DNA of 63,252 nucleotides, the filler included, from Asterionella formosa (Eukaryota), in the NCBI GenBank assembly GCA_002256025.1. It is 3 parts of 3 records of this genome, joined end to end, with 100 filler letters (N's around TTAATTAATTAA, not from the genome) between each part and the next. Parts side by side here need not be neighbours in the genome. Positions count along the whole stretch, not along the records: positions 1 to 30,590 come from NKIB01000846.1; 2 more parts are not named here. The stretch is one strand, 5' to 3'. Numbering within the stretch: the stretch's first letter is position 1; each line of letters begins with the position of its first letter. Positions 1 to 11,619 of the stretch are shown in pieces. Both the position numbers and the translations under genes were made by a program. A model generated the notes under the pieces. It was not told where the DNA came from. It saw only the letters and a program-made list of their open reading frames with translations, and searched no databases.

Positions 1-845
1 TAATTGTACATTTCTTTTCTTACATTCTCTTAAATTAAACCGTTTAACACTAATATTCTGCTAAATGACTTATTTTGGACCAAAACATATCACTCAAATT
101 GATTTGGCGACTGTCGATTTCACGGGTCTGCACCAAGCATTATTGATTTAACCTTTAACGCTCCAGCTTACTTCTGTTTGAATTCCTGTGTCTGCCCGTC
201 AGCTCTGCTTAGGTGAATCAGCAAAATTACCGCAACTTGTTTGCTGGTACCAGGAAGGTCCGGTAGCACGTTCTATGCACACCTTTCAGTTTTGATGCAC
301 TCGCAATAGATCATCTCATGCCTGCTGGACAAGATAGACTGGCTATTCATTCCAAAATCTCTTAATTAACTTTCGTCAATGTTAAATTATCATCCATTAA
401 ATCCAAGTTGTGTTCTAATCATCGAAATTGTGCTCACCTACTACTATTGGTAATGGTATTCAGCAACTGGATGGCGGTTTGCCAATGGAATTCACCAATC
501 AATAACTTCTTGTTGTAGTCAGCAATTTCTAGTCATAGTCAGCAGTTTCTAGTCATAGCTAGTCAGCAGAGTTCGAATTGCATGTACCAGTAGTTGCCAA
601 CTGGGAGAGCAATCCTAAACAGAGGGGCAATTTGAAAATTTCAATGGACTATTAATAGGCATTACTTAAAAAGAGAATATAAATTTTTTTGTCCGACCCA
701 CAGGCTACCGTAGTGTAAAGTGTTGCATATTGCGAAAGTATCAAATCTGTTGTAACTTCCTCATTTTGAATTGTGCATCATCTAAACTAAGTGAAGCGAT
801 CATGCACCATTGGCGACTTCAATTCTCGATGTCAATATTAGTGCT

Positions 846-1572
846 ATGCATATGTGTAGCCTAAATAAAAATAACCAGAATATAATAACAAAATATATCA
901 TGTGACAGAGACTGCAACATCTTCTTGTCAATACTACATTGACCATGTTGAAAATTGGCAATTTCTCTATCAAAATGGCAAAAAAGTTGTTGCGCCTTTG
1001 AGGTCTAATATATCATCATTGTATGAACGATACAATAGAAAAATAAACATAGATGTATGTCTTATAAGAAATTATGAATCTATGATGTAAAAGAATATTC
1101 ATCAATTTACAGGAATGCAAATAGAACTATTGATTTGTTCCAGCAACAACTAAAGCTATGTCTGCTAAAGGACTACAACGACACTATCATATGACATAAG
1201 GGCTTGCAAAAGTGGTATAAGGGTATAATTTTAATTTTAATAACCCTTTTTAGACTAATCAATTGCACCACCAGTGTTGATTTCATGTTGGGCTGCAATG
1301 TTGATGTTGATTTTCAACCATCAACAAAACAACTTATGTAGTTGGCAATTATTTTATAAGTGACAACAGACTGATACACAGTGATCAACAGCTGTATCAC
1401 TGATACAGCATAGGTCAGGGGTCCAAAAACTGTAGCAGTGATACACCCATGATAAACTGGTGGTAGACCCCAAAAACCATTGGGTGATACAAAATATGCT
1501 ACAAACCTCCATTTTTGAAACAAAACCCAGAGATGATACACCAATGATGACCAATTAGAGAATGATAAGAAT
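846..1572. repeat. Dispersed repeat (~730 bp), copy 1; likely non-autonomous TE remnant
   Basis: Colinear similarity to 60359-61150, from atgcatatgtgtagcctaaataaaaataa through gtgatcaacagctgtatcactgatacagcat to gatgatacaccaatgatgaccaat. Confidence 0.85.
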
Positions 1573-1917
1573 GGCCCACAGTACATCTACAAAACTTTGT
1601 TCTGTATCCTTTACATTACAACTTATGCAATATGTGCTCCCTAGGGTTGGTGAGTCTGATCCAAGTTTCATTTCCCAGTAGTAAAGATTAAACACAGTGG
1701 GTGCAACAACTTGTGCGCTCTCAGAAAATGTTCCATCACCCAGCTGATTCACCAGTGTGGAACATGTCACTTCCAATGAGGGAAAATTTGCTTATAGAGT
1801 GACAGTATTGGGAGGGTCAGCAGGACATTGCTGATGGAGTAACTCACTGCAACCACTGCGTATAAGCAAGCCAAAACCTGCAGAATGGTGGAATGGAGTA
1901 ATACACATTTTTCCTTT

Positions 1918-2613
1918 TTACGTCTTCGTTCGTTCCTGCATTTTTTGTTCAATCTTTGATTGAAGCACTTGTTCCTGCTCTTGAACAACTCGATCGTGTT
2001 GGTCAAAGATTAGACTTTGCTGTATTAGGCTGGACAACAAGACACTTCCCGTTGCATCACCGGCACCGTACTCTGCTCTCGACTTGAACGCAATGCCTTG
2101 TTTTGTCCACTCCTCTTCTGCAACTGCACCGATTGCTTGCGATCGCGGAGCCAATGGCCGGATGGCAGTGCCTTCAAACTGACTGACACTATCAGAGGGT
2201 AACGCTCGCGTCGGCATAATTCCCGACCTATCCATCAATGGCGATGAAGTAGATACAATCATTTGCGATGCTCCTGATGCAGCCACAATTGGTGTATTTC
2301 CTAATTTATTCGCGCCCGACACAGCAGACCCCAGATTGCGGCCCATCACACCTTGCGAGCTCACTGCGACAGCCATCTCGGATCGCACCGCATCCAGCTC
2401 TCGTAGACCTAATCTTAATTCATTCTGAAGCTGACGAAGCTCGTTCTGCGCAGCATATCGATCCGCTCGAACGCGAGCACCTTGCATCAAGCCAACAAGA
2501 CGGCCAACTTGGGTGCCAGCGGATCGAGCAGCACGTGGGAGATCGGCTCGACCAATCATGGCAATTCCAATGCCGCCTAATACGATGAGTTCGCCCCAGC
2601 CAACGTCAAACAT
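1918..2613 (-). CDS. tatB: TatB-like twin-arginine translocase subunit, probably mitochondrial (231 aa from ATG 2613)
   Basis: N-terminus MFDVGWGELIVLGGIGIAMIGRADLPRAARSAGTQVGR fits the TatB pattern (MFD.G..EL, TM helix, G..DLP..AR..G amphipathic helix), followed by a coiled coil and a low-complexity tail. Confidence 0.75.
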   Translation of the reverse strand: MFDVGWGELIVLGGIGIAMIGRADLPRAARSAGTQVGRLVGLMQGARVRADRYAAQNELRQLQNELRLGLRELDAVRSEMAVAVSSQGVMGRNLGSAVSGANKLGNTPIVAASGASQMIVSTSSPLMDRSGIMPTRALPSDSVSQFEGTAIRPLAPRSQAIGAVAEEEWTKQGIAFKSRAEYGAGDATGSVLLSSLIQQSLIFDQHDRVVQEQEQVLQSKIEQKMQERTKT

Positions 2614-3646
2614 CTTGTGGGAGGCTAATGAGCCTGTATATATAGAGAGAGTATAGTCTAACGGTGTTAGTTTTGTCAAGGAATATACGTGGAGAGTTGT
2701 GACATGAATAACATGTCATGTAATTTTTACGAGTTTGCGCACGCTGTACCTGTCTACGGGTAGTCGAATGAAGGTGAGCGATCCCGCGCAAGGATACATT
2801 NNNNNNNNNNNNNNNNNNNNNNNNNNNNNNNNNNNNNNNNNNNNNNNNNNNNNNNNNNNNNNNNNNNNNNNNNNNNNNNNNNNNNNNNNNNNNNNNNNNN
2901 NNNNNNNNNNNNNNNNNNNNNNNNNNNNNNNNNNNNNNNNNNNNNNNNNNNNNNNNNNNNNNNNNNNNNNNNNNNNNNNTTATGTGAGAACTGGACTGAC
3001 ACTTATTGAATACTTTGGTGTCCACTTGGTTGAATGGGTTTGATACAATGATAACTAATAAGCTCATCATTTATTCAACAAATACTACTTCTAGTTAGAT
3101 ACTTCAGAAGGGTCAGTAATTAATTAAACACTCTGAGGCCTGAACACATGTATTACTGTATTATTACATGATTGTTAGTGGTACATGTTGTTCTCTAGGA
3201 TTATTACAGAGTCTCCAAGACGGCTTACATCATAGAAGGAGATTTTTAGGGGCTGCCGTTGGGAGATAAATTTATCTGGAAATGTATATGTAGGATCATA
3301 TTATTGGTATTTTCTGTATGTTTTTGCTTGTTGAGTGCAGGCGGTATTGCACTGCAAAAAAAGAAATTCAGATTTAGATTGACCAATTCTCCAGATAAAG
3401 AAATTTCCTATTCCATTCTCGTCATATTGAATGCGGCACAGCATCCAGTCACACAGCATCCAGTCATCCAGCATTATCTTTTATCTTTCAGTGTCGACCC
3501 TTTGCTAATGGTTAATGTTTATTCGATTGCAGCTGACACCCACAGTCTCGTTGATCTTTGTATTCCTCCTTACCGTACCGGTAGTTCCATTAGCAAGCAG
3601 TCAATGTCAAATAAATGTTTTCTTATTGTTCCCACCATGAAAGGCA

Positions 3647-4255
3647 TTATTGTGAAGTGGAGACATTTGCATAGCTCACTCTGGCCTCCATCCAATCTTT
3701 GAAAGATTTGATGAAGTAGACCGAATCCCATGCAAAGATCATCAAGTACACTGCGTTGAGTAGAACAGTTGGCTGTGCCACTTCAATGAAAAAATAAATT
3801 GATGCAGCGGCAGTTCCAGTCAGGCGACAGAGTCCGGGAATCCAGGTAGATCGACTATCAGGGGCATGTTCGTTTTTGTTGTCGAGTACATCTTTTGCAA
3901 ATAGAACAGACATGAGCAGATTCTGAAGAAATGCAATATAAATTCCGGAATAGTCGTGGAGATCATGAATAAAGGAAACAAGGAAGATGGCCATTGTCAA
4001 TGCAAGCAGTACAAGCCAAAGATTCTCTGTCACGGAACCAGTGCGCACATGGAATCGAAGGAACTGGAGGAAAATGATGACATCAAGGAAGAACCAGGTA
4101 CGATTAACGATCACTTGTGCCGGAGACATATTTTGAATTTCAAAAAACGAGAAGAAAAATTCCCAGCTGAGGTTCAAGAAGAGGGCAGCAGGAGGGATCC
4201 CGACATAGGATTGGTGGCGTTGGCAAGATGAAATGTATAGAACATAAGCAGCTGT
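3647..4255 (-). CDS. Pyr4/PaxB-family integral-membrane terpene cyclase-like protein; 5' end lost in gap
   Basis: Frame is open back to the gap: TAAYVLYISSCQRHQSYVGIPPAALFLNLSWEFFFSF...WFFLDVII...GTAAAS...FAWDSVY. Multi-TM, with the N..WE Glu and a C-terminal Asp typical of the family. Confidence 0.7.
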   Translation of the reverse strand, partial: TAAYVLYISSCQRHQSYVGIPPAALFLNLSWEFFFSFFEIQNMSPAQVIVNRTWFFLDVIIFLQFLRFHVRTGSVTENLWLVLLALTMAIFLVSFIHDLHDYSGIYIAFLQNLLMSVLFAKDVLDNKNEHAPDSRSTWIPGLCRLTGTAAASIYFFIEVAQPTVLLNAVYLMIFAWDSVYFIKSFKDWMEARVSYANVSTSQ

Positions 4256-5113
4256 NNNNNNNNNNNNNNNNNNNNNNNNNNNNNNNNNNNNNNNNNNNNN
4301 NNNNNNNNNNNNNNNNNNNNNNNNNNNNNNNNNNNNNNNNNNNNNNNNNNNNNNNNNNNNNNNNNNNNNNNNNNNNNNNNNNNNNNNNNNNNNNNNNNNN
4401 NNNNNNNNNNNNNNNNNNNNNNNNNNNNNNNNNNNNNNNNNNNNNNNNNNNNNNNNNNNNNNNNNNNNNNNNNNNNNNNNNNNNNNNNNNNNNNNNNNNN
4501 NNNNNNNNNNNNNNNNNNNNNNNNNNNNNNNNNNNNNNNNNNNNNNNNNNNNNNNNNNNNNNNNNNNNNNNNNNNNNNNNNNNNNNNNNNNNNNNNNNNN
4601 NNNNNNNNNNNNNNNNNNNNNNNNNNNNNNNNNNNNNNNNNNNNNNNNNNNNNNNNNNNNNNNNNNNNNNNNNNNNNNNNNNNNNNNNNNNNNNNNNNNN
4701 NNNNNNNNNNNNNNNNNNNNNNNNNNNNNNNNNNNNNNNNNNNNNNNNNNNNNNNNNNNNNNNNNNNNNNNNNNNNNNNNNNNNNNNNNNNNNNNNNNNN
4801 NNNNNNNNNNNNNNNNNNNNNNNNNNNNNNNNNNNNNNNNNNNNNNNNNNNNNNNNNNNNNNNNNNNNNNNNNNNNNNNNNNNNNNNNNNNNNNNNNNNN
4901 NNNNNNNNNNNNNNNNNNNNNNNNNNNNNNNNNNNNNNNNNNNNNNNNNNNNNNNNNNNNNNNNNNNNNNNNNNNNNNNNNNNNNNNNNNNNNNNNNNNN
5001 NNNNNNNNNNNNNNNNNNNNNNNNNNNNNNNNNNNNNNNNNNNNNNNNNNNNNNNNNNNNNNNNNNNNNNNNNNNNNNNNNNNNNNNNNNNNNNNNNNNN
5101 NNNNNACGCCTCA

Positions 5114-6196
5114 ATGGAGTCACATGATGTTGTTTTTGTCGACTTCCATGACGTATGCAAGGAACCAAGCTCATCGCATTCACTTGCTGATCAATTGGAA
5201 CGAGCATATGGTAGTTCTGGATTTGGGGTACTCGTTATTCGCAACGTTCCTGGCTTCCTGCAGGCCAAATCGACCTTTCTTCCAATGGCTCATTCATTGG
5301 CACACTTGCCCAACCTCGAACAAGATCTGACGCATGCAGATTCGTTCTATAATGCGGGATGGTCGCATGGAAAGGAAAAGCTAGGCGACAAACCTGATCT
5401 TGCGAAGGGATCATTCTATTTCAATCCCATAACTGACACTCCCGGAACGGAACAAGATCGCCGAGCCTACCCGGCATCATATCCCCCAAACCTTTGGCCT
5501 ACTGCCCTCCCGGATTTCGAACCAGCCGCGAAGCATATAGGAACACTCATGAAGGACGTTGTTGTGGCTTTGGCCAGACACATTGATGCATTTGCTGCCG
5601 GCAAGGTGCCCAACTACCCACCAAATACATTGTACGATGCAATGAAGGATACAGAGAAGAGTAAGGGTCGATTACTTTACTACTTTCCACTCACTGATAC
5701 AACGTGTCCACCTAGAGAAGATTCCTGGATTGGTTGGCACAACGATTCTGGTTTCTTGACAGCACTGGCGGGTGAAATGTATGTTGACCACACAACGGGT
5801 GAGGCAATGGATTGTCCTGACCCCCATGCTGGTCTTTATGTCGTTGACCGAACGGACAAGGTTATTCACATCAAAATACCTCAAAACTGCATGGCTGTGC
5901 AAATGGGAGAATGCGTTCAGATAATTACGGGTGGTGCTGTTGTGGCAACACCTCACTGCGTGCGAGGCGCAGCAGCAGCCAATGTGGCGCGGATCAGCTT
6001 GCCCATTTTTATCGATACACCGCCAACCTTTCCGCTTCGTATGCCCAAAGGTTGTTCAAGGGAAAATGTATTGGAAGCTGGAGTCGGCAGTTCGAGAGTG
6101 CCTTCGTTAGGTTCAAGGTGGTCGGACGACGGTGTCAAGTTTGGTGACTTTTTACAATCGACATTTTCTCAATATTACGAGTGGTCGAAAGCGTAA
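5114..6196 (+). CDS. 2-oxoglutarate/Fe(II)-dependent dioxygenase (IPNS/DIOX-like)
   Basis: 360-aa ORF with HxD (GWHNDSG), distal His (ATPHCV), RxS (ARISL) and GWSHGKE...DLAKGSFYFNP. Confidence 0.9.
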   Translation: MESHDVVFVDFHDVCKEPSSSHSLADQLERAYGSSGFGVLVIRNVPGFLQAKSTFLPMAHSLAHLPNLEQDLTHADSFYNAGWSHGKEKLGDKPDLAKGSFYFNPITDTPGTEQDRRAYPASYPPNLWPTALPDFEPAAKHIGTLMKDVVVALARHIDAFAAGKVPNYPPNTLYDAMKDTEKSKGRLLYYFPLTDTTCPPREDSWIGWHNDSGFLTALAGEMYVDHTTGEAMDCPDPHAGLYVVDRTDKVIHIKIPQNCMAVQMGECVQIITGGAVVATPHCVRGAAAANVARISLPIFIDTPPTFPLRMPKGCSRENVLEAGVGSSRVPSLGSRWSDDGVKFGDFLQSTFSQYYEWSKA

Positions 6197-6383
6197 GTGA
6201 GCGACGAGCGAAGGTTTTCAAAACCAGGGCTTTGAGTATATGCATTTTTGCTTTCTATAATCGTCAACTAATAATACACTGATAATTGCTTCCAACAATT
6301 TCTCGGGTTAAAAACCAATTATTTCCAGTAAGCTAAATGAAATTGAATCTTTCTAGTTTATTTAATCACTGCAGCAGGAGCAT

Positions 6384-7415
6384 TTATGCACATCTTGCAC
6401 CGAGTGTTCGTCGCTTTTGTCTGCTTGACGTCGATCTCCTTACCAAACCAGCGACAAGTGCACGTGGTGTAGTTTGTGCTTTCTTGCAAGATGTGACACA
6501 ATTAGCGGTTGAGAGTCTCCTCGTAAACGTGACCATCGGGTGATTGGCAGCAAGTGCGTCACGAATAGCGTGGCCAACCTTCTCTCGTGCCGGCTCATCT
6601 CCAAGGGACAGCCACATGCCTGATTGTAGATCTTTCTTGACGAACCAACCATTGGGAAATGTTGCCCTTTGTTGATCAATAATACTAGTGATAACCAACG
6701 ACTTCTCGAACTTGGATACTGCCTTCATGTACTTATCAAGGTTCATGCATATGGTAACTTCGAAGCGCCGGTTTCCAATGTGATTGTCGCACATCTTGCC
6801 ACGACCGCAAATGACATCGTAGTTGGACGGCTCAAATTCGATTGGCAAAAAGTTGGAAGGTAAGACACTGGTGGTAGGGGAAACAGCAGATATGCCTTCG
6901 TCGTCAAACAAGGTGTGAATGAAACTATCAAAAATCTCTTTATCTTCCACACAGGAGTTTCGTCGGCTCTCGTTGATGGCACAGTCGATGGAAGGAGGGC
7001 TTTTGACTTTGGATGCCCCTTGAAGGCTGGCAATAAAGTCACGAGTTGCACGGCCTACCTTCTCTCGAACTGCTTCGTCCTCAAGGACGAACCACTGCCC
7101 TGTTTCTAGGTCCTTCTTAACAAAGCCTCCATTTGAGCTTGCAGCTCGTATTTGGTCAATGATGCCGTTGATGACCAAAGCCCTGTCAACTTTTGATATT
7201 GCGTTCTTGTACTGCGCAAGGTTGATCTCGATAGTAACCCTGAAGCGACGATTTCCAATGTGATTGTCGCACATCTTGCCACGGCCGCAAATGACATCGT
7301 AGTTGGACGGCTCAAAGTTGGGGGGCAAAAAGCTTCTGGAGGAGAGGATCTTGGATGTAGACACGGTCAGCAAATCGACTTTGGACTTGGAAAGGAAGCT
7401 GGGAGCAGAGATCAT
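6384..7415 (-). CDS. Protein with two DUF6824-type domains (diatom-expanded family)
   Basis: Two copies of PSNYDVICGRG...HIGNRRF...I...G.FVKKD...W......REKVG.A.RD; first ATG at 7415. Confidence 0.85.
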   Translation of the reverse strand: MISAPSFLSKSKVDLLTVSTSKILSSRSFLPPNFEPSNYDVICGRGKMCDNHIGNRRFRVTIEINLAQYKNAISKVDRALVINGIIDQIRAASSNGGFVKKDLETGQWFVLEDEAVREKVGRATRDFIASLQGASKVKSPPSIDCAINESRRNSCVEDKEIFDSFIHTLFDDEGISAVSPTTSVLPSNFLPIEFEPSNYDVICGRGKMCDNHIGNRRFEVTICMNLDKYMKAVSKFEKSLVITSIIDQQRATFPNGWFVKKDLQSGMWLSLGDEPAREKVGHAIRDALAANHPMVTFTRRLSTANCVTSCKKAQTTPRALVAGLVRRSTSSRQKRRTLGARCA

Positions 7416-9309
7416 GTTGAAGAGTTTGTCACGATGAAATAGTTTCACTTGTTTGATGTCAAAATTTTGTAAGAAAAGTTGATGATGAGAGACTATCAGT
7501 GACTATCAGTTGCGCTTACCTCGAGAGCCTGCATGCAATTTTTGTTTGTTGGCACAGGGTTGGTAAGTGACAACGAAGCAATTGAGATTGACTCAATTCG
7601 TGCACAGAGGACAAAATAATTTAGAATAAGCAAGACTTTTCCGGTGTAGCTATGTAATATCATAGCATCATGAGCTGTGCACAACACAAGCATGTAGACT
7701 TTTACGTGATAAAACATATCACTCTCGATTGGTGCGCCGGTTTGTCAAGTCGTCATGAGCTACTGTGAATGTTTTAATGTATATACCGGTGTATCAATAC
7801 AAAGAGGACTTTTCATATCATGTACGGTAGACATGGTACCGGTAGAGATATTAATTATGTGGTCACATCGCAAATCATTTCCTGAATACCGCCTCGCCGT
7901 ATCGCATGTATAATATATATATATATATATACCCGGTAGATGAACTGTCGATTTATAGAAGGGTTAAGGGTTTAATTAAGTTTGTGACAAAACAAGGACA
8001 TGCTCGTGTCGTGGTTACATCGCAAAGCATTTTTTCCTGAATACCGAGCGCTGCTGTAGCGTACATAAATAGATGGACTGTCGACGCCTCCCGTTAAATA
8101 AATAAATAAAGGATTTATCTGAATTATTTAAGGGTTTTAAGGGGAAGAAAATTTGTGACAAAACAAGGACATGCTCGTGCCGTGGGTATCGAGATTCAAT
8201 AATAATAGTATATTTGTCAATATTACATAACGCCGTTGACGTTGATAAGCAAAGAGTGCAAAAGACAAAAATGGATAAATGGTTCCATGTATGCACGGCC
8301 AATGAAGTTTTCAATTCGGGGACGAAGACTGCATGACGTTTTTGTTACTTGCTGTACCGGTATACCATCGCTATATAGAGGGATGAAACCTGCCTCATTT
8401 GGGTATAGCTACCTGCAAGAAGGTGCGGTAAAATCGCCGACATGATGATTTGAACATTTCGTATATACACGCCTGAAGATCCAATTCTAAAATAAATGAT
8501 CCATAGCTAGCTCGGATAACAGGTATCTTTCATTCATGGTATGATCGTTTAGAATACTATAGTGCTAGAATTCGATTTGGCAGGAACTACCGGTATTTTA
8601 GTCGAACTCATTCTGGTGGAGAGTTTGGGGTGGTCACTCTCTCGTTTAGGAGTCTTGTAAAAAAGTTTTGCCATCAGTGTTTGTATGGAGGAATCAACAG
8701 GAGGCGCTTTTCTGGTACCAACAACAAGAGAAGAATCATCATCACTATCGACAAGACCATATTTGTCAGATGGTGTATCTTTTGACAATGATGTAGTGGA
8801 TCTCTGAGAGTGAAAACAAGGAACAGAATATGCCATTCTTCCACCTGGTGCTAGAGTATTAGCACTTGATGGGGGGGGTACTGACTAATACCATGAAGGC
8901 CTNNNNNNNNNNNNNNNNNNNNNNNNNNNNNNNNNNNNNNNNNNNNNNNNNNNNNNNNNNNNNNNNNNNNNNNNNNNNNNNNNNNNNNNNNNNNNNNNNN
9001 NNNNNNNNNNNNNNNNNNNNNNNNNNGGGGTACTGACTAATACCATGAAGGCCTCCATGTGATTCTTTCGGAGATCATTGTTTTGTTTTCTGCTCGTCAA
9101 GACCTTTTGGACACAGCTATTATTGCTAGTATCAATCGCTGACCTCTTATTTCTTTGAAATGTACTGTCTATTCTCTTTGGTGCTATTGTCGATCATTGG
9201 TTACTAGTACAATGATCTTAAAAAAGTGAAGCTGTATTCAATTGAAATGCAGCCTTACCTATTATAGAGTTTACACTGTGTATGTAAAGGAAAGTTTTTC
9301 ATCCAAATT

Positions 9310-10848
9310 CTAAGCGGCGTCAACAGGAGGAGTTCCAATACGCCGCAGAACAAGTGCCGAACAAAAAAAGTAGAAAGCAGAGAGAGATAGAACCACAATG
9401 TATCCTCGTAGGCTATATTCTGCAGAACCATCCGGTGCAATTTTGCCTTGGTCGCCGAATAAATAAAGTAGAGGACCGCCGATCATTGGGCCCAAAGCAG
9501 ATCCGACAAAACCAGCAACTCCCCAAACACCCAAGAGTTGAGCCGACCCACTTTCACCTTCCCCTTGTCCAGTTGGGAGCGTGTCCACTGCGAGACTCGT
9601 GTCCATTGTTAAATACATTCCATTAGCCCCTCCCAGAACCATGCATAGTATTGTCATTTGACGCATGTCAGTGCAAAAAACCAGACCAAAGGTCGCAAAT
9701 CCTAAAAGGAAGCAAGATAGGTACACAAAAGGCTTGCGACGACCTCCCCACAGATTGTCCGACGCCAGACCAGCGGGGTAACATGTAAGAGCACCCACGC
9801 ATTGACTCATAATAGCAAGCAAAGCAACGGCTGATGCTGGGTCGTCCTTGACATTAATCACATCGTGAACGAAATAGAGGAAGAATGTTTGCGCCGATAT
9901 GCCCATGTAGTAAAATGTGCGCGAGACAGTTACCACGAAAAAATCGTGGTATTTCTTTGTGTCGATAGTATATGACTTGGCTAAGGTTGCCCAGTCCATC
10001 TGTATCAAGGGATCATACAGCATTGTCCTGACGACGATGGTGAGCGATCCCTTTGGACGGGTAGTTCCAGTAACCACTGGCTTTCTATATTCCGCCAGAG
10101 ATACATCTCTATCGTGTGCATATGAACAGGTCAATACTGTGGTCGCGATCGCAATGCAAGTATAAAGCCCATACATCGATTGAATGTTCTCGGCTAAGAC
10201 AGTGTGAAAAAGGCTGAAACCAAAGAGAGATCCTGTCACGAGCAAGAGGGCAAGTGATCCATTTGCAATACCAGTCTGTGAGGTCGGAACTTGATCCGGT
10301 ATAAGAGCAATCATCATGGAGTAAACAACGTTTAGGCCGATCATGAGAAGGAAAAATGCGACCGAGTATCGAACCCAGAATGCTCGAGTTGATGCCAACG
10401 ATTGCCCCAAAAGCCCTAAAACTGTCGAAACTGAACCAAGCACAAGGTACGGCATTCGCTGTCCTAAATCTTGTGGAGGTCGGTACATGTCGCTGAGCTG
10501 TCCTACCAGTGGCGACACCAGCTGAGTGACGCCAGCAATAGCCACAAAGATCCCAAGTGCCACAGCCTTGGGAATATTAGGATGCTCGTGTTCAATCCGA
10601 GAACATTCAACCGGAAGAGTGATGAGGAAGAGAGTGGTCAAAATGCAACCGTACGAGAAAGCAGTAGACAGAATAAATACAATTTCCCAGGGATTCATTA
10701 GCGTTTCCTCATGAATCCCAGTGATATCCACTTGTGTCTCCACGTCGCACGAACCTCCTGTGCCATTGCCTCCTGTTGTCGATCCGTAGTGATTGAGAGA
10801 AGACACTAAAGGAGCTAGATCATTCTTTTCTTCCCTACTTTCTGGCAT
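9310..10848 (-). CDS. Major facilitator superfamily transporter (sucrose/SLC45-like)
   Basis: 512 aa, about 12 hydrophobic segments, MFS loop motifs GQLSD...GQRMPY and GLASD...GRRKPF. Confidence 0.88.
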   Translation of the reverse strand: MPESREEKNDLAPLVSSLNHYGSTTGGNGTGGSCDVETQVDITGIHEETLMNPWEIVFILSTAFSYGCILTTLFLITLPVECSRIEHEHPNIPKAVALGIFVAIAGVTQLVSPLVGQLSDMYRPPQDLGQRMPYLVLGSVSTVLGLLGQSLASTRAFWVRYSVAFFLLMIGLNVVYSMMIALIPDQVPTSQTGIANGSLALLLVTGSLFGFSLFHTVLAENIQSMYGLYTCIAIATTVLTCSYAHDRDVSLAEYRKPVVTGTTRPKGSLTIVVRTMLYDPLIQMDWATLAKSYTIDTKKYHDFFVVTVSRTFYYMGISAQTFFLYFVHDVINVKDDPASAVALLAIMSQCVGALTCYPAGLASDNLWGGRRKPFVYLSCFLLGFATFGLVFCTDMRQMTILCMVLGGANGMYLTMDTSLAVDTLPTGQGEGESGSAQLLGVWGVAGFVGSALGPMIGGPLLYLFGDQGKIAPDGSAEYSLRGYIVVLSLSAFYFFCSALVLRRIGTPPVDAA

Positions 10849-11619
10849 TCGTTCCGTTGCAATATAACAAGCGAAAACGGGTTGAGTGATCTCCGATCTG
10901 TGATGCTTGTTTATTGGAATGTATTCGGAAGCACGACAGCGACATTTAATTTACCTGTTAGAAGTACCAGGTACCTTGACCTGGTACCAGGTACCAGATA
11001 TGTTATGCCGGCATTTTGTTGTGTGGGGAGGATGGATAATGGGCGCGCTCTGATAATTAAAATTATTAGATCATGTGTATTATAACACAAATCGTTGTAG
11101 TCTACCCATAACCCCAAAATTTGTGTTCGTATTGACCAAATTTGGCAAACCTGGTAAGCACCCTGTCAACACAAACACATATTTTTTACAGTTATAAATA
11201 ACAGTTCATTATATAAGAAGATGTTTAGGCATCAAGACTTCCTTGCTCATACTCAAAATGGCTTGCTCTTGCCAACAAAATAGGTATGCATATACATAAC
11301 CACCTCAATACATCAATTGTCATTGCTTTTAGATTTCGATCATGTCTTCATTGTCTTCTGGTCAAAGGAGACCAGCCAGCCAGGGAGGGCTTCCCTTCCT
11401 CTTCAAGGCTGCTTGAATGTCGCCATCACCAACAAGAACAACAATAGACTCAACCAGCAGAAGAAGACAATGAGGAGGAGCAAGGACAATGAAAATGAAG
11501 ATGACACTGGTGCTGATGAGTTTGCCAGCAACAATGAGGACAGTAGGATGGTTGTCCCATGCGTTTCTCAGATTGATGTTTCTGGGGTTACTCAGTCTCC
11601 ATCAAGGAACAACAACGAT

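Noticed and set aside
4140..5207. Long ORFs spanning N-runs (also 2606-3070 and 12161-12604)
   Set aside because: Artefacts of translating gaps.
8876..9054. 28-bp direct repeat flanking a gap
   Set aside because: Identical sequence on both gap edges indicates an unmerged contig overlap.
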